The notes beneath the pieces are model-generated. The model had not been told where the DNA came from. It was given only the letters and a program-made list of their open reading frames with translations, and did not search any database. Position numbers and translations under genes: made by a program. Positions 9,997-23,900 of a DNA stretch of 64,000 bases are shown piece by piece. This DNA comes from Macrostomum lignano (Eukaryota): positions 186,001 to 250,000 of the forward strand of contig NIVC01001449.1 in assembly GCA_002269645.1 (NCBI GenBank). The letters run 5' to 3'. The first letter of the stretch is position 1. Every line of letters begins with the position of its first letter.

Positions 9997-11448
9997 ATGA
10001 TTAGAAACTATACAAACTTTATAAAAATTCTACCTAGTCTAGAAGAAAGCTTAAAACAAACTAAGTAAGGGGGTTTTAAGCCGCATTCGAGCTTATAGCA
10101 CCACGACTCAGTTCGAATCGCTAGGGAGTTAAGATCTCAGACGCCATGTCGTGCGGTGGCCTAAGAAACACGCCTCCTTAGGGACAAAGTAAAAGCGTTG
10201 CAGTCTCTCGAAGTGAAGAAGCCTCTCGAAATTGGTTGGATTTCGACTTGCCTTTCAATTTGCTTGATTATTATCCATCGAGATCAGCGTATAATCCTTC
10301 CAGGGAAGCTATTACTGATGGCAAGAAAAATGATCAGTGGGTTGGGGATAACGGATATTAATTTAATTAGTGCATAAGAGCAATTCGGCATGTGAGCGCT
10401 GCAGAATTTGATAAAAGACTCAGCACTAGTGATCCAGATATGCGCACATGCTTCGCGTGTGTCACCGGTAAACGAACTAAAAATGAAACAGTATGCGTTG
10501 GCCAAAGCTGGGCTCACAATTTTACGTAGAGAAAGCTTGAAAATAACCAGATTGGTGCAGTAATTTTTTAAATACATTTGAGTTTTTTAAACGGAATTTT
10601 GCAAAGATTTTCATGTCGCTGAATGGAGCTTTGTCATGACAGATTTCGTCAAGAAAAGTTACACCAAAAGAGACAGGAACAGCTGAAATTCCACCAGAAC
10701 TTTGCTTGGTTGCTGGTCTCCTCTAGCGTTTCATAAAAATAACTTGATAAACTTATGAGTGCAATTTGGCAGTTCAGAAGTTGATTACGTTGTGAATCCA
10801 GTAGCCTGGAAGAGATATACCCTAGGTTTTCTACCTTTCTAATGGCCTTCTGTGTTACTGTCTAGTTTACTCAATGAACTGAAACCTAAGCACAGGGGCC
10901 TCTTAGGCCACTTGAAAATTCTACAACCTCTGCACCCTAAAAGTCAGAGCAAATTTAAGTCATTGAAATGTTTCGCTACTTTGCAATGCTGTTTGATACT
11001 TCTGAAGAAGAGGTCAGCCATGTGGAGAGTCCGATGCTAGCCTGTCAACTTAAAAATGTGCAATAAAACTGCATTGACAACTGCCGTCTACTCGCAGTTG
11101 CTGACAAAACGAATTTACAGGTCTTTGCCAATAAGTTTCCAAAATGGCAACTCGTCTTTACCCGTTTCAATATAATTTCACTTTAGACTGCATGTAAATC
11201 TAACTTGGGTACGAAGTAAGTGAGCCCTCGGTCCGCGCTGCACTTAGATTATGTCTATCTCGCTTTGCCCAACTAAAATGATAAAAGGGGTTATGTTATG
11301 TTACATATGCATAACAAAGCAAAAAATATTTTGAAATAGTTTACTGTGCAGGTACATACAAATCAATCGGGCGGGTAAAGCGGGTAATCCTCTGCGGGCA
11401 ATCCTCACCTTCTGGTGTAACACTTCCCCGACACCAAAACTGTCGCAG

Positions 11449-11593
11449 GCGTTCGCAATCCGCTTCTGCACCGCCGATTTTGCAACTTGCGCAGCGCCAA
11501 GCGGGTGATCTTGCTGATTGTGTGCATCAGCTACGTGCTCTGTCTGTGGCGCCCGTTCATGCAGATCTCGGCGCATACCGGCTTCTCATACAG
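11449..11593 (+). CDS. GPCR exon 2 (ICL2 and TM4), not in the ORF track
   Basis: Acceptor TGTCGCAG at 11448 and donor AG|GTGAGT at 11594. In phase 1 it reads (G)VRNPLLHRRFCNLRSAKRVILLIVCISYVLCLWRPFMQISAHTGFSY, continuing ERYV. Confidence 0.88.
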
Positions 11594-12025
11594 GTGAGTA
11601 AGTCTTTGGTTAGTAACTGTAATCCTCAATGCGCTTCATGAACTTTAGGTGAGTAAAATAGTTGTATTTCTCTGACTTTTTGTCCAAATTTCCTCCCTTG
11701 CTCAAGAAGTTCCTAATGCTAAAAACAATGTTGCTTCCCTGTCCATCCGAAGGACTGGTTTTCAGCTGAACAGAACTTAGACTTGGCCAAAAATGAAAAA
11801 AATAATATACATGTGCTTATGCCTACTTAGAATCTCCCAGCCATACCAACACTTCAGATCTCAAAGGGTTACCCAAAGGGTATTTAAACTAAATAGAATC
11901 CGGTTTAAGATAACATTAAACAATAATAATATTGTAATTGACTACACCTGCCTGTGCAGATGTGCAACCGACAGCTCAGCCGCAGCTATTGCGCGGCGCA
12001 TCTGAAGGCTGCGTACGGCTGTTCA

Positions 12026-12224
12026 GTCCAAAGACTGGGGGGGGGGTCGCCACACACACCCTCAATTACCCCAGCTAATGCTGGCACCCATTTTACAGCT
12101 GGGTGAACTGAAGCAATGCAGAGTTAAGCGTCTTGCTCAAGGACAGATTGTTCCGGGTGGGTCGAGAATCGAGCCCCGACCTTTAATTCGTAAGCCCGAC
12201 TCTCTAGCCACTAGACTACAACCC
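12026..12224 (-). mobile_element. tRNA-derived SINE, family 2, with CORE-like central domain
   Basis: Minus strand: A box TAGTCTAGTGG, B box GGCTCGATTCT, then TGTCCTTGAGCAAGACGCTTAACT..CAGTTCACCCAGCTGTAAAATGGG, resembling the MIR/CORE consensus as recalled. Confidence 0.65.
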
Positions 12225-12592
12225 CCTACTAGACTGCAACCCTTGTAGTCTAGTTTAAGATGCACAGTTTAAGATTCCAGTTTAAAATATTTGAAACAAT
12301 CAGAAACCCAATAACCACATAATAAACATGCAGATTCATCCAAGCAAATTTGCTTACTTTACCAGTCTAAATTTTAAAGTATCTTAAAAGCGTAGATTAA
12401 ATCTTGTAATGTATTTTTGGAGAAATTTTCAATAAAATAAATATATGTACGACAAGTACCTTGTACGGCATGTAGAATTTTTGAATGGCTGCTCCAAACA
12501 GTTATGAACAATACCGATATTCTACTCATATTCAAATCCGCCAGTTCGTGGCTGGCATTTATTTATGTTCAAATCCTTGTGCATCACCGCAG

Positions 12593-13307
12593 ATGCGTGC
12601 CCCGCCCCAGTTTCAAACGGCAGCTTTTCGTACTTGACGCCATCTTCGCAGCCATGCTGACCATCATCCCCACCTGCCTACTGTTCACTTTCAACGTCTT
12701 GATCGCGCGTCACCTGCTGGTGATCCGTCGAAATCAGTCGGGCTCGAACCAAGACGTTATCGGTCACCAGTTTGCCCTGCTGCTGATCCTGGTGTCCGCC
12801 ACTTTCCTGGTCCTCACCTGGCCCTACTATTTGTGCTGGCTGGCCAACTTCGTCACCAAGCTTACAATCAGTGCAAAGCTGGACGAATCGAAATACTTTG
12901 CGAATACAAAGGACGGCCTGTACCAGTTCCACGTGGGCAGCGCAATCTACGTGACCAAGATTTTTTATCACCTGTCCTACAGCATCAACTTCTTTCTCTA
13001 CACCTACGTCAGCAGCTATTTCCGCAGTCAGATGAAGCGCATTTTTGACAACCGTCGCAGGCGAGCGGAATCGCAGCAGTTCTACCAGCAGCAGATGATG
13101 CAGCTAGGCGGAAGTCACCTGCAGCGACCAGCCGGGGCCGTTGCTGCCAACCGTAGCAACAGACGGACCAACAGCAATTCACAGCGTTACCAAGGTGTTA
13201 CAGGCTCCGCTCGGCTTGAAAGATACGAGCCAAACTCTCGGAGCGCCTTCATCAGGCGGATGCCCACGATGCGCAGGCCCAGCAGTGAGGTGCAGGGTTA
13301 TTGCTAG
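12593..13307 (+). CDS. GPCR exon 3 (ECL2 Cys, TM5-TM7, C-tail); spliced product about 440 aa
   Basis: Acceptor CACCGCAG at 12592, phase 2, gives RCVPRP. TM5 ..IIPTCLL, TM6 FLVLTWPYY, TM7 YSINFFLY. Exons 463+145+715=1323 nt stay in frame. Confidence 0.88.
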
Positions 13308-13910
13308 GGTCAGGGATAAGATTAGGAGCCCACCGTGGATATGCTGATTGTGGCTAATTGATCAATAAAGGAGTCAACATTTATGATTTTAAGTCAGTAT
13401 CCCTTTTGATTTAGAGCATTTGAGAATTCATAAGTGGCTTTTGTTTCTGTCAAAGGTAATTTATAAAAAAACAGACGTTAAGCATGTTGAATATTACTGG
13501 TCTGCAAGTGACTTTAACATGAACCTCGATAAATTTGAGACATTGGCAGCCTCTTTAGCGTTGCTCATTTGGAGACCATTGTACCCAGGAATTTATGGAC
13601 TAATAGTAAGAGATCCAGGATGATTAGGTAAGTACATGGTTAGTTTAATGACTTATTTTCGCTCATGAATGAAATTTTTTGCAACGAATTATAAGATCGA
13701 TAGGAGTGAGCTTGAAGCTAAGTATATATTTGATACAGTTAGATTTGATGAAGTCAAAAAAACTATTTAATCTGTTTTAAACTCGCAGTTGCTTTTGGCA
13801 GTGACTGTGGACGCACTTTTGCAGTCACTTTTTCGCACTTTTTTTCAGTGAATTTTGACAAACTGTCGATATTTTCGCAAAATATTTGCCACAGTTTTGG
13901 AAATACCATG

Positions 13911-14083
13911 ACCACACTGTTGCAGTGACCGATAACACAATTTTGACCGCTCCACACGATGACCACACTGTTGCAGTGACCGAAAACACAATTTTGGCCG
14001 TTCCACACGATAACCACACTGTTGCAGTGACCGAAAACACAATTTTGGCCGTTCCACACGATAACCACACTGTTGCAGTGACC
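13911..14083. repeat. 51-bp tandem repeat, about 3.4 copies
   Basis: ACCACACTGTTGCAGTGACC recurs at 13911, 13962, 14013 and 14064. Confidence 0.9.
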
Positions 14084-15813
14084 GTAAGCACCTTTTTGCA
14101 GTTGGTGTTGTAAAACTTTTGCAAGGAAAATTTTACCATATATTTATGCTGTCCTTTTTTGTGATCAGTGTTTTGTTTGTGACTACCCTAACTAGTTACA
14201 ACTGTATATCTGCTCGACAATCACTGTAATAAACTGAAGTCTATACAAACTTTGAAAACTGTTCGGAATTTTAGCGACAAGTTTTAAAAATCTTTAAATT
14301 CAATGATGCATTGTCACTTGAAGCTTGGGATGGTTGTGGGAATATTCCAGCTGAACGAATATTCTGTTAAATCCTAATAGTTAAAACTAAAAGTACACAT
14401 AACATCTAATGTTAACCATGCATCCCATGTTTACATTTTTTAAAGAATAAAAATTAATTTACCAGCGATGTCAACGATTGATGGATAAAGAATGAAAAAG
14501 CTCAAAAAGACTTCCAGTGTTTGATTGTTTTTCTCGCGTTTCCAGCAATTGTTCGACAAAGTTACATAATGAGCAAGTGCATTTTAATATGCGTTTTGTC
14601 AAGCTAATTCAAAATTTAAGGAGACTAATGACTGTAATTTTGGGAACAACTGGCTGGGGTCAGCAGTTGTAGTTGCGGTCTCATTCACCTCAACTGGGGA
14701 CTCACTGTAAAGTACAACCGACGCATTCTTTTCGGAATGACGCAATTAGTCGGTGTCGCGGTCTGTCCTCCTTTGCACTATTTGGTCCTGTCTTTGAAAC
14801 CGCTATCTCTTTGCTTATGCCTCTTTTCACAAGCCTAGCCATTCATGTTCTCCAAAGACTTTGGTTCGCGATTCGCTGTGTTGTGTCGACGATGAGCAGA
14901 TTTTTTATACGCTTTTGATAGAATGCATACCCATGGTTTGGCCCCCTTAGCTCAGAGTTCGGTGATTTGATCGGGGTCAGGTAGAACGGAGAATGCTCTA
15001 ATTGAAGCCGAAGCTTTCAGGTCTGTGTTGAGCGTATAGTTTGTAAATCGTTATGACTAATCGTAATGGGTCACGACTCTGATAGATGCGTGACGTCTCG
15101 AAATCGAAAATTCAAATCGATTGATGCTATATATTATATATCATACTATATAGACGTAGAGGTTAGGATTAAGTGCGAAAAATACACTGATTGGATAGGC
15201 AGAATGCACTTTTTCTCAAATTAGACGCACACGGTCCCAGAAAAATTCCTGTTTCGGATTATGCAATTTTTAAAAATGGTTGGATAGCTAGGTTTTGAGA
15301 TTTGAATAATATATAATGCATAATACATCATTACATTAGCCTTAGTATACACATGGTAGGGATTCTACGTTTTCATAATTTTCTAATGGCACGGCCGGAC
15401 ACCAGCATAGCCACAGAACACGCGGCCACATCATTCTAGAATTTTCAGTCCCTTTTACGGAATGGTATTCGATTGTCCCTATTGTACATTTTAGCAACTT
15501 TAAATGCGGCATTAGCTTCCTGATAGTGTTTCCGTGTTAGCTTCCAGCTCTTTTCTTCTCTCTCATATTTTGATCTCCGTCATTCATCAGGAGGCGAAGA
15601 ACGAGTCAGGTGAGAAGGGGTTAAAAGCAGAACAGAATCCGTTGTGCAATAGTGACTTTTTTCTCTCGCGCCCCCGTCTCAACCGTTCCATTCTTCCCCG
15701 CCCCTCCAGTTTTCTCTATCAGTGCGTACACTGATCACGCCACCTCGCACCTCACCCTCCAGTACCGTCATGTAGCTAAGCTGATATTATTGTATCAGTT
15801 TCTTTCCCTGCTT

Positions 15814-17248
15814 CAGGGACTACTCAAACATCGGGACGGGAAACTAGGCAAATCATGGCGAAGTTTTTACGAGGCTGGTTTGTTAGCAGCTGACGAGGCT
15901 GGCTGGCTTAATTGTATAGAGCGATACTTTGTTGTCTATGGTTATTTTCTATTATTTGAAGCTTGTGATACCGTCATTTCTACTGCAGTCTAGCAGGGAT
16001 GCTTGCATTATATTATAGCAGCTAAGTTTCTGGCAGACGCGTAGGACAAGCTCGATTTTTCTGCTTGTGTTGTTGGCATCAATGCCAAGAAAGTGCAGCG
16101 TTGTTGGCTGCAAGTCAAATTACGAGTTCGAACGATTAGCTACGAAAGTCCATCTGTTTCCGAAGGACTCGGTTGAGCGAGAGCGATGGAAAAAGGCCCT
16201 GCCGAACATCCTAGAGGTAGGCGCTATTTACTATAAGGTAAATTGTGCTAATATATTATATGCAAATTTTTCCTTTATTCCGCCTTTCAGTCCGTTACAG
16301 ATCACATGGGAATCTGCGCCAAACACTGGCCACCGGACACAACAATGTTTTTACATTTTAGAACGCAATAGAGATGTGAAGACGAGAGTTGTTCTCTCTG
16401 ACGCACGAGGTGGCTTAGCGGATGAATTAGAGGAGTTTCAGCTGAGCGACACCATATCTTCGTGGAATGGTTTCTGTGACTCCGTACAGGACTCTGAAAT
16501 AGTCAAATGTTTTCATTGGACTCCGATGGCGACATGCTTGTTCGATTATTTATTTCGCCAAATTTTGCTGCTCGCGCCTACATAATGAACACGCCAATTA
16601 GTGTTCGCGACCTACTTGGATTTCAACCCACGCTGAAGTTTTGGTCGCAACTGGATGCAATTATCGTACGATGCAACAACTCTGAGTTTTCAGTTGAGAA
16701 CGAGATTTCGTATTTCATGAAAAGCAACATATTCGCCATTGACAGCGCAGCGCTAGAGATTTCGAATCCAACTATTAAAACTTAGAAGTACGTGACATTG
16801 CGGAACAGACAAGTTCACATCTACTGAGTATTCCCGACTATTCAATGCTTAAATCTGTTAAAAAAAATTTTCGCATCTGTTCATTTTCCCGTCTGTGTAT
16901 ATATATGTTCAAACTTCACATATTTTATTGCTCACATCCACTGTGTGAGTTAACTTTTTATTGTTCGTCTGTTCCATGTTCACTATTCACCATTGAAATA
17001 GCCCTCAATGTTACCTTATATGTTTTATGAACTATTTTTCCTATGAACTTTCAAGTAAATATACACAGTTCATAAAAGCACCTGAACATTAAAATTCACA
17101 GATATAATAAAATATAAAATTTATTGAAGATTTATTGAAATATTGAAAAAGCTACTGCTGCATTGGCGCGGCCATAGACTTAACCAGCCTCGTAAAAACT
17201 TCGCCATGATTTGCTTAGTTCCCCGTCCCGATGTTTGAGTAGTCCCTG
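15814..17248 (+). mobile_element. Internally deleted P-superfamily DNA transposon, 1435 bp
   Basis: 67-bp TIRs starting CAGGGACTACTCAAAC (15814-15880, 17182-17248), 8-bp TSD CCCTGCTT, internal THAP domain. An 8-bp TSD alone also fits hAT; THAP favours P. Confidence 0.85.
16082..16371 (+). pseudogene. Truncated THAP-domain transposase (exons 16082-16216 and 16291-16371, 71 aa)
   Basis: MPRKCSVVGC..FPKD..RWKKALPNILE, GT-AG intron 16217-16290 in phase 0, then SVTDHMGICAKHWP completes C2CH; early stop at 16369. Further remnant frames to about 16785. Confidence 0.78.
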
Positions 17249-17940
17249 CCCTGCTTCTCCCCCGGATGCAGGAGGTCAGGATGCAGGCGGGCGGGTGCTG
17301 CGGAGAAAGGGGCGCAAAACAGGTCAAATGACAGGTAAGAACGTAAGATGCGTGAAGGTCGGCTTGCGTGAATAGAAGTGGTTAGAACCCTTCACAAATG
17401 TGTCAGTCCTCACTATAATGGCATTTTCCCTAATACGCTTTGCTGCTGTGCTGTACAAGCAGCAGTTGGATTCGAATGGCATTTCTGATCAGAATGCAGC
17501 GCATGCACTTTACTGCATTGAACATGTCCCGCGGCTAAGACCTTCCGTGCAGCTCAAGCTCTGAATGAAAAGCAGGCCTGAAGTAACGCGAAATTAATTT
17601 TTGACTGAATTTCGTTTTCAGAAAATAATTATGATATTGAAAATTAATGCTCCAAGCAGGCATGGCTTGTTCGAAGGGTTAAACCGGTGAGGCGTGGCGC
17701 AGTTTTATGGATAATTTTATTAGGAGGTTTCTGTGATTATGTAAAAAAGAGAAATGTCTAAATTAGATTGCATATCTCCCTGGTTTGCGCCCTAAAATGC
17801 ACGACAGGATTATGGCAGCTTTTTACTCAAACCATAAATTTATATATTTTATTGTCGAATCTTGATTGCAGGTTTAACTTGACGTAAGTCACTATAAGTT
17901 TTCAGAGACTTACAAGCAAGCAAAGCGACTGGGATTTCAC

Positions 17941-20900
17941 TGACGGAGGTGACGGAAGGGACAAGGTGACGCAGATGACGGAGGTGACGGAGGTGACGCA
18001 GCTGACGGAGGTGACGGAGGTGACGGAGGTGACGGAGCTGACGGAGGTGACGGAGGTGACGGAGCTGACGGAGGTGACGCAGATGACGGAGGTGACGGAG
18101 GTGACGCAGCTGACGGAGGTGACGGAGGTGACGGAGGTGACGGAGCTGACGGAGGTGACGGAGGTGACGGAGGTGACGCAGAAGACGGAGGTGACGCAGA
18201 TGACGGAGGTGACGCAGATGACGGAGGTGACGGAGGTGACGCAGCTGACGGAGGTGACGGAGGTGACGGAGGTGACGGAGCTGACGGAGGTGACGGAGGT
18301 GACGGAGGTGACGCAGATGACGGAGGTGACGGAGGTGACGCAGCTGACGGAGGTGACGGAGGTGACGGAGGTGACGGAGCTGACGGAGGTGACGGAGGTG
18401 ACGGAGCTGACGGAGGTGACGCAGATGACGGAGGTGACGGAGGTGACGCAGCTGACGGAGGTGACGGAGGTGACGGAGGTGACGGAGCTGACGGAGGTGA
18501 CGCAGATGACGGAGGTGACGCAGATGACGGAGGTGACGGAGGTGACGCAGCTGACGGAGGTGACGGAGGTGACGGAGGTGACGGAGCTGACGGAGGTGAC
18601 GGAGGTGACGGAGGTGACGCAGATGACGGAGGTGACGGAGGTGACGCAGCTGACGGAGGTGACGGAGGTGACGGAGGTGACGGAGCTGACGGAGGTGACG
18701 GAGGTGACGGAGCTGACGGAGGTGACGCAGATGACGGAGGTGACGGAGGTGACGCAGCTGACGGAGGTGACGGAGGTGACGGAGGTGACGGAGCTGACGG
18801 AGGTGACGGAGGTGACGGAGGTGACGCAGAAGACGGAGGTGACGCAGATGACGGAGGTGACGCAGATGACGGAGCTGACGGAGGTGACGCAGCTGACGGA
18901 GGTGACGGAGCTGACGGAGGTGACGGAGGTGACGGAGCTGACGGAGGTGACGCAGATGACGGAGGTGACGGAGGTGACGCAGCTGACGGAGGTGACGGAG
19001 GTGACGGAGGTGACGGAGCTGACGGAGGTGACGGAGGTGACGGAGGTGACGCAGAAGACGGAGGTGACGCAGATGACGGAGGTGACGCAGATGACGGAGG
19101 TGACGCAGATGACGGAGGTGACGCAGATGACGGAGGTGACGCAGATGACGGAGGTGACGGAGGTGACGGAGGTGACGCAGATGACGGAGGTGACGCAGAT
19201 GACGGAGGTGACGCAGATGACGGAGGTGACGGAGGTGACGGAGGTGACGCAGATGACGGAGGTGACGGAGGTGACGGAGCTGACGGAGGTGACGCAGATG
19301 ACGGAGGTGACGGAGGTGACGGAGCTGACTGAGGTGACGGAGGTGACGGAGGTGACGGAGGTGACGGAGCTGACGGAGGTGACGGAGGTGACGGAGGTGA
19401 CGGAGCTGACGAAGGTGACGGAGGTGACGGAGGTGACGGAGCTGACGGAGGTGACGGAGGTGACGGAGGTGACGCAGATGACGGAGGTGACGCAGATGAC
19501 GGAGGTGACGCAGATGACGGAGGTGACGCAGATGACGGAGGTGACGCAGATGACGGAGGTGACGGAGGTGACGGAGGTGACGCAGATGACGGAGGTGACG
19601 GAGGTGACGGAGCTGACGGAGGTGACGCAGATGACGGAGGTGACGGAGGTGACGGAGCTGACGGAGGTGACGGAGGTGACGGAGGTGACGGAGGTGACGG
19701 AGCTGACGGAGGTGACGGAGGTGACGGAGGTGACGGAGCTGACGGAGGTGACGGAGGTGACGGAGGTGACGGAGCTGACGGAGGTGACGGAGGTGACGCA
19801 GATGACGGAGGTGACGCAGATGACGGAGGTGACGCAGATGACGGAGGTGACGGAGGTGACGGAGGTGACGCAGATGACGGAGGTGACGGAGGTGACGGAG
19901 CTGACGGAGGTGACGCAGATGACGGAGGTGACGGAGGTGACGGAGCTGACGGAGGTGACGGAGGTGACGGAGGTGACGGAGGTGACGGAGCTGACGGAGG
20001 TGACGGAGGTGACGGAGGTGACGGAGGTGACGGAGGTGACGGAGGTGACGGAGGTGACGGAGCTGACGGAGGTGACGGAGGTGACGGAGCTGACGGAGGT
20101 GACGCAGATGACGGAGGTGACGGAGGTGACGGAGGTGACGCAGATGACGGAGGTGACGGAGGTGACGCAGATGACGGAGGTGACGGAGGTGACGGAGCTG
20201 ACGGAGGTGACGCAGATGACGGAGGTGACGGAGGTGACGGAGCTGACGGAGGTGACGGAGGTGACGGAGGTGACGGAGCTGACGGAGGTGACGGAGGTGA
20301 CGGAGGTGACGGAGCTGACGGAGGTGACGGAGGTGACGGAGGTGACGGAGCTGACGGAGGTGACGGAGGTGACGGAGCTGACGGAGGTGACGCAGATGAC
20401 GGAGGTGACGGAGGTGACGGAGCTGACGGAGGTGACGGAGGTGACGGAGGTGACGGAGCTGACGGAGGTGACGGAGGTGACGGAGCTGACGGAGGTGACG
20501 CAGCTGACGGAGGTGACGGAGGTGACGGAGGTGACGGAGCTGACGGAGGTGACGGAGGTGACGGAGGTGACGGAGCTGACGGAGGTGACGGAGGTGACGG
20601 AGGTGACGGAGCTGACGGAGGTGACGGAGGTGACGGAGCTGACGGAGGTGACGGAGGTGACGGAGCTGACGGAGCTGACGGAGGTGACGGAGCTGACGCA
20701 GATGACGGAGGTGACGGAGGTGACGGAGGTGACGGAGGTGACGGAGGTGACGGAGGTGACGGAGGTGACGGAGGTGACGGAGGTGACGGAGCTGACGGAG
20801 CTGACGGAGGTGACGGAGCTGACGGAGGTGACGGAGCTGACGGAGCTGACGGAGGTGACGCAGATGACGGAGGTGACGGAGGTGACGGAGCTGACGGAGG

Positions 20901-23900
20901 TGACGGAGGTGACGGAGGTGACGGAGCTGACGGAGGTGACGGAGGTGACGGAGGTGACGGAGCTGACGGAGGTGACGGAGGTGACGGAGGTGACGGAGGT
21001 GACGGAGGTGACGCAGATGACGGAGGTGACGCAGATGACGGAGGTGACGGAGGTGACGGAGCTGACGGAGGTGACGGAGCTGACGGAGGTGACGGAGGTG
21101 ACGGAGGTGACGGAGGTGACGGAGGTGACGCAGATGACGGAGGTGACGCAGATGACGGAGGTGACGGAGGTGACGGAGCTGACGGAGGTGACGGAGGTGA
21201 CGGAGGTGACGGAGCTGACGGAGGTGACGGAGGTGACGGAGCTGACGGAGGTGACGCAGCTGACGGAGGTGACGGAGGTGACGGAGGTGACGGAGCTGAC
21301 GGAGGTGACGGAGGTGACGGAGGTGACGGAGCTGACGGAGGTGACGGAGGTGACGGAGGTGACGGAGCTGACGGAGGTGACGGAGGTGACGGAGCTGACG
21401 GAGGTGACGGAGGTGACGGAGCTGACGGAGCTGACGGAGGTGACGGAGCTGACGCAGATGACGGAGGTGACGGAGGTGACGGAGGTGACGGAGGTGACGG
21501 AGGTGACGGAGGTGACGGAGGTGACGGAGGTGACGGAGGTGACGGAGCTGACGGAGCTGACGGAGGTGACGGAGCTGACGGAGGTGACGGAGCTGACGGA
21601 GGTGACGGAGGTGACGGAGGTGACGGAGGTGACGCAGATGACGGAGGTGACGCAGATGACGGAGGTGACGGAGGTGACGGAGCTGACGGAGGTGACGCAG
21701 ATGACGGAGGTGACGGAGGTGACGGAGCTGACGGAGGTGACGGAGGTGACGGAGGTGACGGAGCTGACGGAGGTGACGGAGGTGACGGAGCTGACGGAGG
21801 TGACGGAGGTGACGGAGGTGACGGAGGTGACGGAGGTGACGGAGCTGACGGAGCTGACGGAGCTGACGGAGGTGACGCAGATGACGGAGGTGACGGAGGT
21901 GACGGAGGTGACGGAGGTGACGGAGGTGACGGAGGTGACGGAGCTGACGGAGGTGACGGAGGTGACGGAGCTGACGGAGGTGACGGAGCTGACGGAGGTG
22001 ACGGAGGTGACGGAGGTGACGCAGATGACGGAGGTGACGCAGATGACGGAGGTGACGGAGGTGACGGAGCTGACGGAGGTGACGCAGATGACGGAGGTGA
22101 CGGAGGTGACGGAGCTGACGGAGGTGACGGAGGTGACGGAGGTGACGGAGCTGACGGAGGTGACGGAGGTGACGGAGGTGACGGAGGTGACGGAGGTGAC
22201 GCAGATGACGGAGGTGACGCAGATGACGGAGGTGACGGAGGTGACGGAGCTGACGGAGGTGACGCAGATGACGGAGGTGACGGAGGTGACGGAGCTGACG
22301 GAGGTGACGGAGGTGACGGAGGTGACGGAGCTGACGGAGGTGACGGAGGTGACGGAGCTTACGGAGGTGACGGAGCTGACGGAGGTGACGGAGGTGACGG
22401 AGGTGACGGAGCTGACGGAGGTGACGGAAGTGACGGAGGTGACGGAGCTGACGGAGGTGACGGAGGTGACGGAGGTGACGGAGCTGGCGGAGGTGACGGA
22501 GGTGACGGAGCTGACGGAGGTGACGGAGGTGACGGAGCTGACGGAGCTGACGGAGGTGACGGAGCTGACGCAGATGACGGAGGTGACGGAGCTGACGGAG
22601 GTGACGGAGGTGACGGAGCTGACGGAGGTGACGGAGCTGACGGAGGTGACGGAGGTGACGGAGGTGACGGAGCTGACGGAGGTGACGGAGGTGACGGAGG
22701 TGACGGAGCTGACGGAGGTGACGGAGGTGACGGAGGTGACGGAGCTGACGCAGATGACGGAGGTGACGGAGCTGACGGAGGTGACGGAGGTGACGGAGCT
22801 GACGGAGGTGACGGAGCTGACGGAGGTGACGGAGGTGACGGAGGTGACGGAGCTGACGGAGGTGACGGAGGTGACGGAGGTGACGGAGCTGACGGAGGTG
22901 ACGGAGGTGACGGAGGTGACGGAGCTGACGGAGGTGACGGAGGTGACGGAGCTGACGGAGGTGACGGAGGTGACGGAGCTGACGGAGCTGACGGAGGTGA
23001 CGGAGCTGACGCAGATGACGGAGGTGACGGAGGTGACGGAGGTGACGGAGGTGACGGAGGTGACGGAGGTGACGGAGTTGACGGAGGTGACGGAGGTGAC
23101 GGAGCTGACGGAGCTGACGGAGGTGACGGAGCTGACGGAGGTGACGGAGCTGACGGAGGTGACGGAGGTGACGCAGATGACGGAGGTGACGGAGGTGACG
23201 GAGCTGACGGAGGTGACGGAGGTGACGGAGGTGACGGAGCTGACGGAGGTGACGGAGGTGACGGAGGTGACGGAGCTGACGGAGGTGACGCAGATGACGG
23301 AGGTGACGCAGATGACGGAGGTGACGGAGGTGACGGAGCTGACGGAGCTGACGGAGGTGACGGAGGTGACGGAGGTGACGGAGCTGACGGAGGTGACGGA
23401 GCTGACGGAGGTGACGGAGGTGACGGAGCTGACGGAGGTGACGGAGGTGACGGAGCTGACGGAGGTGACGGAGGTGACGGAGCTGACGGAGGTGACGCAG
23501 ATGACGGAGGTGACGGAGGTGACGCAGCTGACGGAGGTGACGGAGGTGACGGAGGTGACGGAGCTGACGGAGGTGACGGAGGTGACGGAGGTGACGCAGA
23601 AGACGGAGGTGACGCAGATGACGGAGGTGACGCAGATGACGGAGCTGACGGAGGTGACGGAGGTGACGGAGGTGACGGAGGTGACGGAGGTGACGGAGCT
23701 GACGGAGGTGACGGAGCTGACGGAGGTGACGGAGCTGACGGAGGTGACGGAGGTGACGCAGATGACGGAGGTGACGGAGGTGACGGAGCTGACGGAGGTG
23801 ACGGAGGTGACGCAGATGACGGAGGTGACGGAGGTGACGGAGCTGACGCAGATGACGGAGGTGACGCAGATGACGGAGGTGACGCAGATGACGGAGGTGA

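Noticed and set aside
11960-12012. Extra or alternative GPCR exon starting AG|ATGTGC (Arg-Cys like exon 3)
   Set aside because: In the required phase it hits TGA at 12003, and the donor is weak. Exon 2 joins exon 3 cleanly without it.
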